The notes beneath the pieces are model-generated. The model was not told the DNA's origin, did no database searches, and saw only the letters and a list, made by a program, of their open reading frames with translations. A DNA stretch of 62,000 nt from Octopus vulgaris (taxonomy: Eukaryota): positions 25,192,001-25,254,000 of the forward strand of contig OX597819.1 of NCBI GenBank assembly GCA_951406725.2, in the 5' to 3' direction. The stretch's first letter is position 1; each line of letters begins with the position of its first letter. Position numbers and translations under genes: made by a program. Positions 54,753-62,000 of the stretch are shown here, piece by piece.

Positions 54753-55613
54753 CTGTGTTTGTCCCCCTAGTATTGCTTGACAACCGATGCTGGTGTGTTT
54801 ACGTCCCCGTTACTTAGCGGTTTGGCAAAAAAAGAGACCAATAGAATAAGTACTGGGCTTTCAAAGAATAAACCCCGGGGTTGATTTGCTCGACTAAAGG
54901 CTGTGCTCCAGCATGGCCGCAGTCAAATGACTGAAACAAGTAAAAGAGTAAAGAGTATATATATATATATATATATATATTACTCTTTTACTCTTTTACT
55001 TGTTTCAGTCATTTGACTGCAGCCATGCTGGAGCACAGCCTTTAGTCGAGCGAATCGACCCCTGGACTTATTCTTTGTAAGCCTAGTACTTATTCTATTT
55101 GTCTCTTTTGCCAAACCGCTAAGTTATAGGAACGCAAACACATCAGCATCAGTTGTCAAGCGATGTTGGGAGGACAAACACAGACACACAAACACATACA
55201 CATACATAAGTGTAGGAGTGGCTGTGTGGTAAGTTGCTTGCTTACCAACCACATGGTTCCAGGTTCTGTCCCACTGCGTGGCACCTTGGGTAAGTGTCTT
55301 CTACTATAGCCTCGGGCCGACCAAAGTCTTGTGAGTGGATTTGGTAGATGGAAACTGAAAGAAGCCCATCGTATATATGTATATATATATGTGTGTATGT
55401 GTTTGTGTGTCTGTGTTTGTCCCTCCCCAACATCATTTGACAACCGATGCTGGTGTGTTTACATCTCCGTAACTTAGCGGTTCGGCAAAAGAGGCCGATA
55501 GAATAACTACTAGGCTTACAAAGAATAAGTCCTGGGGTCGATTTGCTCGACTAAAGGCGGTGCTCCAGCATGGCCACAGTCAAATGACTGAAACAAGTAA
55601 AAGAGTAAAAGCG

Positions 55614-55645
<32 letters not shown>

Positions 55646-56610
55646 TAATCCTACAGCAGGCTAGAACCTTCTCCAGGAGGAAATGTATACACCACAGAAT
55701 GGCTAAGGAAATACCTTTGGCATTTTTTGTGTATGTGCGTGTATGTATGTGTGCATGCATGTTTCTCCTAATGGCAAATCAATGAATGCATACTTAAAAG
55801 TGCATATTTGTTAGTATGTGTATGCATGTACTTACACATCACTTTTGTGTTTAGACACAAAACACACATCTACATATATGAATGTAAATGATACATATGT
55901 ATCCATCTACATATGCTAGTAAGTATGTATGCACATATACATCTGTAAGTGCAAATTTGTGCATCTGCACATAATATATATAAGGTATATATAGGCGCAG
56001 GAGTGGCTGTGTGGTAAGTAGCTTGTTTACCAACCACATGTTTTCGGGTTCAGTCCCACTGAGTGGCACCTTGGACAAGTGTCTTCTACTATAGCCTCGG
56101 GCCGACCAAAGCCTTGTGAGTGGATTTGGTAGACGGAAACTGAAAGAAGCCCGTCCTATATATGTATGTATATGTATGTGCGTGTATGTTTGTGTGTCTG
56201 TGTTTGTTCCCCTAGCATTGCTTGACAACCGATGGTGGTGTGTTTATGTCGCCGTCACTTAGCGGTTCGGCAAAAGAGACTGATAGAATAAGTACTGGGC
56301 GTACAAAAGAATAAGTCCCAGGGTCGAGTTGCTCGACTAAAGGCGGTGCCCCAGCATGGCCGCAGTCAAATGACTGAAACAAGTAAAAGAGTAAAAGAGT
56401 AAAGAGTATATGTTACCTATTTCTGCCTACCCATATTTCCAACTCTCATTCTACCATGAAATAAGTTGGGTTTCTGGCTGTGTGGTAAGCAGCTTGCTTA
56501 CCAACCACATGGTTCGGGGTTCATTCCCACTGTGTGGCACCTTGGGCAAGTGTCTTCTACTATAGCCTCAGGCCAACCAAAGTCTTGTGAGTGAATTTGG
56601 TAGAGGGAAC
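54548..56610. mobile_element. Cluster of five SINE family B copies: 54548-54956 (+), 54982-55208 (-, 3' half), 55211-55611 (+), 55993-56405 (+), 56478-56610 (+, 5' part)
   Basis: Repeated family B head, body and tail sequences. Confidence 0.85.
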
Positions 56611-57010
56611 AAGAACAGGACAGTGGAGACAGACAAGGAAACCGAACGAAAACAAACATGGAGGGTTATGCGACTCAATACTGTTTTCTCTCTTATCCTT
56701 TTCTCTAATTCTCTTTTCTCCACTTCACCGTTTTCTATCTGTCCCTCTCTTTTTCCCCTCTTTCTCCTTTTCTCTCTCGTTGCTCACACATAGCCATTGT
56801 CCATTTTTCTTTTCCTCCCGTGATCATCTGTCTTTTCTTTCAAGACTGTTCTAAGGACTAGACATATACTATCTCTTTTCTACCTTTTCCCTTGTCAAAG
56901 AAGATATTTCTCCAGCGTTCGCTATTTTACGCTCGTTCTTGTCTAACAGTCCACCATGTTTGTTTTCGTTTGGTTTCCTATATATATATGTGTATACACA
57001 TATATATGTA

Positions 57011-57051
<41 letters not shown>

Positions 57052-57609
57052 ATACATACATACATAGATACATACATGAATGTATGTATGTATATATGGA
57101 TATGCCTTGGTTTTGTCATATGGAAGAACAATATATTAAAACTTATAGAAATTCCTATTTCTGTGTGATACAGGATAATGGCGATGACAATATAACTGCG
57201 CTACTGCTGACACCTAAAACTGCCCAACTTAGAACGAAAATGAGAACTACCTGGACTCTAGTAAAAGAATTTCTGTGAGACAATTTTGTTAGACCCTTAT
57301 GGAACCAGTCTTCATTTCTTGACAAACACCATACAGTAATCAAGTTGTCTCTCGAATGTAATTCTATGAAGCTTTCACGAAACTCAGAGTCATGTGTCTT
57401 CATTTTATTAGTGTGATCATCCATAAATGATATTACACACCTATCCTTTTCCTTGTGGTTGAGTAGTCTATTTTTGGAATATGAATCACATCTGATCATG
57501 TATACACACACACACACATATGTATTTATGAATTTATCTGTGTGTATATCTAGATTTATATTTAGATATACATACGAGTGCGTGAGTTTATATATACATA
57601 CACACACAC

Positions 57610-57651
<42 letters not shown>

Positions 57652-57855
57652 GTGTATATATATATATGCATATATATATATATACATATATATATAACAC
57701 ACACACACACACACACAAATATATATACACACACACACACACACACATATGTATACAACCCTCCTTCTTTCCTTCTTTCCCGAGCGTCCAATAATACTAT
57801 ATTTGTTCTACGTCCTCGTGTTGTGTTTTTTTTTTGTGCTTTCTTGTTTGTATTA

Positions 57856-57891
<36 letters not shown>

Positions 57892-58201
57892 AAGCGACAA
57901 GTTCGCCAAGAGGTAAAGTTCCTTCTTTTTAGTGTTTCCAAGTCCAAATTGAGAAATTTTGAGCTGACGAAAGAAATGCTGATTTTATTTGGCTAATCTT
58001 GAAACGTTGACGTACTCAAACGATCTATGTACTTGTGATATTTTTCTGTATTTACCTCCAAACCTTCGTGAGCTGTCTGGAGTAAACATTATCTGAGAGA
58101 AATTTTCTTTAAGTAGTAGAAATGGCTAAAAAAATTTTTTTGGCTGCTATTTCTACTACGTCCAGTATGTGGCAAAGTAATTTATTTTACTAAGCCCTAA
58201 T

Positions 58202-58246
<45 letters not shown>

Positions 58247-58607
58247 CATACATGCATGTATACATACATACATATATATATATAAGTATATTGTGCTCAC
58301 ACACATTTTCTCTTTGTCATTCTGTAATTCTGTGTGTCTATCCTGCTTTCTCTTTCTCACTCACTTACTCACCCACTCACTCACTCTCTCACTCACTCAC
58401 ACACCCTATCTCTATGTATATGTATAGGGTGGGAGAGAGACAGAGAGAGGAAGAGATATTATAAAACTAAGATTAATTAAGTAATGCTGGTTTCAGAATA
58501 AGCAACACATACATTAACTATATTAAATATGAACTATCCCGCATCTGTCTAGCTATCTATTTGCATGTGTGTACGCATGTGCATATATGTATATGTATAT
58601 ATATCTA

Positions 58608-58638
<31 letters not shown>

Positions 58639-58658
58639 ATATATATATATATATATAT

Positions 58659-58735
<77 letters not shown>

Positions 58736-58857
58736 GTACACACACATATGTACATACATACACATACATAGATATATGTTTATTCATCTGTTTAAACACA
58801 CACACACACGTACACATGTTTGCATATGTAACTATATGAAACATATTTTCATTATAG

Positions 58858-59004
58858 ATTCTACAGGGAAAGTTCCGTGGTCCCTTTGGTCAGCTTGCCA
58901 AGCAGAAGGAATTCGTTATCGCTACAAAATCTGTGGGAAGAAGGCGAAACATTATGGACATTGTAATGGACATAATGTTGAAATTGTCCAGTGTTTTACA
59001 CCTG
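58858..59004 (+). CDS. Sema5: Semaphorin-5-like exon, last truncated-type TSP1 repeat (DSTGKVPWSLWSACQAEGIRYRYKIC...HCNGHNVEIVQCFTP)
   Basis: WSxWSAC..G.R.R...C..C.G...E...C fits the final Sema5 TSP1 repeat. Acceptor attatag ends at 58857, donor G|gttagt; 147 bp, phase 1-1. Confidence 0.88.
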
Positions 59005-59022
59005 GTTAGTATAAGTATATAT

Positions 59023-59069
<47 letters not shown>

Positions 59070-59164
59070 TATATATGAGAGATAATGGTGTCATTGAGAC
59101 TCAAAGGTGTCAATGCTCTAATATCTACACAGCCTTGGTTTTTTATCTTATTACTCAAAAAATT

Positions 59165-59201
<37 letters not shown>

Positions 59202-59580
59202 GAGAAAGAAGCAACAAGAATGGATTAGTTTTTAGTACAATTGTTTCATTCAAAGACAGGCTTTATTACAAGTTGCAAAAATTGCAGCAGATAAAAGTGT
59301 CCCGTACTCATCAGCTAAAATACATATGAGTTCTCCAAACATCTTAGTGAGTGAGGCTATACTCATGAAGTATTGGAGATAATTTCATTTAAGGCAGATT
59401 TAGGTTGCAAGCAGATTTCCAAAGTTCCTTAATGATGATGCACAGACTTATCACAGGTTCTTAAAAGCTTATTAGCTTCACAGAGAAGATGAAGATGAAT
59501 TAATCCGTAGTGTAGATTTAAATTTCCAGAGATATGAGGAGGATGATGCACAGACTTATCACAGGTTTATATATATATAT

Positions 59581-59826
59581 CAGGCACGAGTTAGTTGATA
59601 AGAAGACACACGTTGGACGAAGCGCGGGCAAACGGTGGGCGTAACTCGGACTCTCTCTATTGCATTGAGCAGTCGTAGTAGATCGGAGTTATCGAAAAGC
59701 CGTCGTCTCAGCGGCGGCGAGTTCGTCGAGTTTCTACAACTTCTACAAAGAACTACACAGATGATTTGCTTAGAGTGATTAAATGTTTGTGCTGTACATA
59801 AGCTAAATTCCTTCATTAAATTTACA
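59581..59826 (+). mobile_element. Possible partial solo LTR (CpG-rich, ends ..attaaatttaCA)
   Basis: Abruptly CpG-rich block with ATTAAA signals and a TTACA end; the 5' TG end is not seen. Confidence 0.35.
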
Positions 59827-59874
59827 TTGCCTGCATAAATGCACAGCGTGGTATGGTAAGAACATTAGACTAAT

Positions 59875-60010
59875 ACCGAAAAATACTTTGGGAATGAGAA
59901 CCCAGGTTCGAAATTCCTTAAGACACCCGATGAAGTATGGAGAGTATATCTGCCCGAAACGTGTTAACAACAAACAAGATGAGGACAAATATCTGTCAAT
60001 TGTAAATAAA
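59875..60010 (+). mobile_element. Single-arm copy of the same Penelope-like pLTR family
   Basis: cccaggttcgaaatt..agacacccgatgaag..cgaaacgtgttaacaacaaacaagatgaggacaaatat matches the right arm of 60935-61153. Confidence 0.7.
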
Positions 60011-60934
60011 AGGTTCTGAGTTAGGTGAAGAATAAATAATATAATATAATATATATATCAAGGGTTGAACTGATAGAATACAACGAGAAAATTTTAGACG
60101 AAAGCAGAGCAAACGGAAAGCTAGACAAAAACTTAACGGACGGGGAAAATAAGCAAAGGCACGAAACATGGAATATTCGCAGCTGAGTTTTCCTCGTCAG
60201 TCAATGAGCCAAAATATCATCGTAGTTTCGCCCCACTATCATTGAGACCACTCAATCTTGAAGGCGCCAGTGCCGTTAATAAGCTACTGGTAAAAAGCTA
60301 GCGAATGTATACTGAGACAGAAACAAACAAAACATTATATAAATGCAAAAGTTATATAAATACAATAGTTATGTTATATTATTCTGTTAAGAACTTAGTA
60401 GAGTACAGCATAAAGCTCGTCCACCTTCATATTTCACCCTGTGCTATCCAGCAGTAGTATTATACGTACTTCCAGATTTCCGTTTGAGCTTCTGTAGGTG
60501 TGAACAGATAACTGAAAAAAATTGAAGTCAAATTATTTCTACACAACATAGTTCTCCAGGCGTGTAGGTACATGTATGTGTATGTATTTGTATGTGTATT
60601 AGCGCACAGATTTATTTACATTTTCTGTAAATCTGTCTAATATATTTAAAAACGTAAGGCAGCGATCTGGACAAAATGCTTAGTAGCATCTCGTCCCGTT
60701 TTACATTCTGTGTTCAAATTCTGCCAAGGTAGACTCTATCCCTCATTCTTTCGGGTTCGACAAAGTAAGTACCTGTTAAGCACTGGGGTCAATGAAATCG
60801 GCTTACCCCTCCCCGAACTTGCTGGCCTTGTGCCCAAATTTAAAACCAATATATTAAAAACGTACACACAAACATATATTTATATAAATATCTATATTTA
60901 AGAGATAAGGAATTATTACATTATATGCTTTATT

Positions 60935-61153
60935 TACATTATTTACATTCGACGGATATTTGTCCTCATCTTGTTTTGTTGTTAACACAACGTTTCGGCT
61001 GATATATCCTCCAGCCTTCTTCAGGTGTCTTGGGAAACCCAGGTTCGAAATTTCCCCAAGACACCCGTTGAAGGCTGGAGGGTATATCAGCCGAAACGTT
61101 GTGTTAACAACAAACAAGATGAGGACAAATATCCGTCGAATGTAAATAATGTA
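60935..61153. mobile_element. Foldback (palindromic) element derived from a Penelope-like pLTR
   Basis: ~100-bp near-perfect inverted arms around a short loop (aacccaggttcgaaa); each arm carries a hammerhead-type motif. Confidence 0.75.
60984..61029 (-). ncRNA. Minimal type I hammerhead ribozyme motif (Penelope-like element type), intact core
   Basis: Minus strand reads GACAC-CTGAAGA-A-GGCTG-gaggatatat-CAGCC-GAAA-CGT-T-GTGTT. Palindromic ACGU helix III, GUU triplet, one extra A after A9. Confidence 0.75.
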
Positions 61154-61377
61154 TATATTTATATATTTACATACATCAGGCTTCCGTCTCCTAAATCCAC
61201 TCACATGGCCTTGGTTGGCCTAAGCTGTAATAAAAGATTCTAGCCGATGGTGTCACGCAGTAGGATTGAACTGTGAACCATGTGGTTTGGGAGGCAAACA
61301 TTTTACCACACAACCACGCCTGTGCCTCAGTTTGGTTAATTATTTTTCATCCTGTCTTATTTTTATCTTTTTACCAG

Positions 61378-61775
61378 AATATGACACCAGTTATGTAACG
61401 AGCAGCCACTACCCATCCTTCGCACTGATCCACCTAATTGCCGTGGCTGTAATAGGTTTCACTATAGGAGCTCTATTGACCGGCACCATACTGCATCATA
61501 TCCACAAGTGCCAGACCAGTCGAAAAGTGCGCATTACCAAACAAAAGAACGAAAAAGCCCAATGTAATATCAATCACGCGCCTTTCACATTATCATCATC
61601 ATCGTTGTCACAAGCCAGTCTCGTCTATCTGAACAATGCCCCATCATGTCAACCCATAATGCTCCCGCCGCCGCCACCAATCTCCAATAATATCAATGAG
61701 CTGAACATCAATGAGTTTTCAACGCTGAAGAGAAACTGTGACCTGAGGACTAATTTGGCACTGAATGACCTTTGA
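61378..61775 (+). CDS. Sema5: Semaphorin-5-like terminal coding exon: transmembrane helix (FALIHLIAVAVIGFTIGALLTG) and cytoplasmic tail with a polyproline stretch, ending in TGA
   Basis: Acceptor ttttaccag ends at 61377, in phase with the previous exon. HLIAV..GALLT resembles the Sema5 TM segment and STLKRN resembles the invertebrate Sema5 tail. Stop at 61773-61775. Confidence 0.88.
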
Positions 61776-61879
61776 TCACATGACTAAGTTGTGGTTATGG
61801 GGACAGTGGTAGCGATGGTAATGCTGTGTGTGTGTGTGTGTGATAGTGCCGTTGGTGTCGCGAATACAAAGATAATTGA

Positions 61880-61925
61880 TATAACACAGGGAGAGTGAGT
61901 GAGCGATAGAGTGAGAGAAAGAGAA

Positions 61926-61995
<70 letters not shown>

Positions 61996-61996
61996 T
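61880..61996. repeat. (GA)n/(GAAA)n microsatellite downstream of the stop codon
   Basis: Direct reading. Confidence 0.9.
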
Positions 61997-62000
61997 AAAA

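Noticed and set aside
60165-60290. CTGACGA-GGAA..TTCC on the minus strand, as a hammerhead
   Set aside because: GAAA is absent after helix II; the nearby GAAAC is on the opposite strand.

Overview
AT-rich, microsatellite-dense animal genomic DNA. The SINE, RTE and MITE repertoire looks like octopus or another coleoid cephalopod; this is an inference from recognition, not a database hit. The window holds the 3' end of one + strand gene, a class-5 semaphorin. Four phase-1 coding exons were found: the atypical TSP1 repeat (258-440 or 258-500), a TSP1 repeat (50588-50752), the last TSP1 repeat (58858-59004), and transmembrane plus cytoplasmic tail with stop (61378-61775). A ~50 kb intron separates the first two. 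The introns are full of tRNA-derived SINEs, RTE-clade LINE fragments, piggyBac-type and 8-bp-TSD MITEs, a DD37D (maT) mariner relic, a deleted Helitron, minisatellites and long (AT)n. The most notable signal is a set of Penelope-type minimal type I hammerhead ribozyme motifs. Two are structurally intact and both lie antisense to the gene (41152-41243, 60984-61029). Every sense-strand copy I found has a broken core or stem. Most ORFs in the supplied track are microsatellite or repeat artefacts. All analysis was by eye and coordinates of degenerate repeats are approximate.
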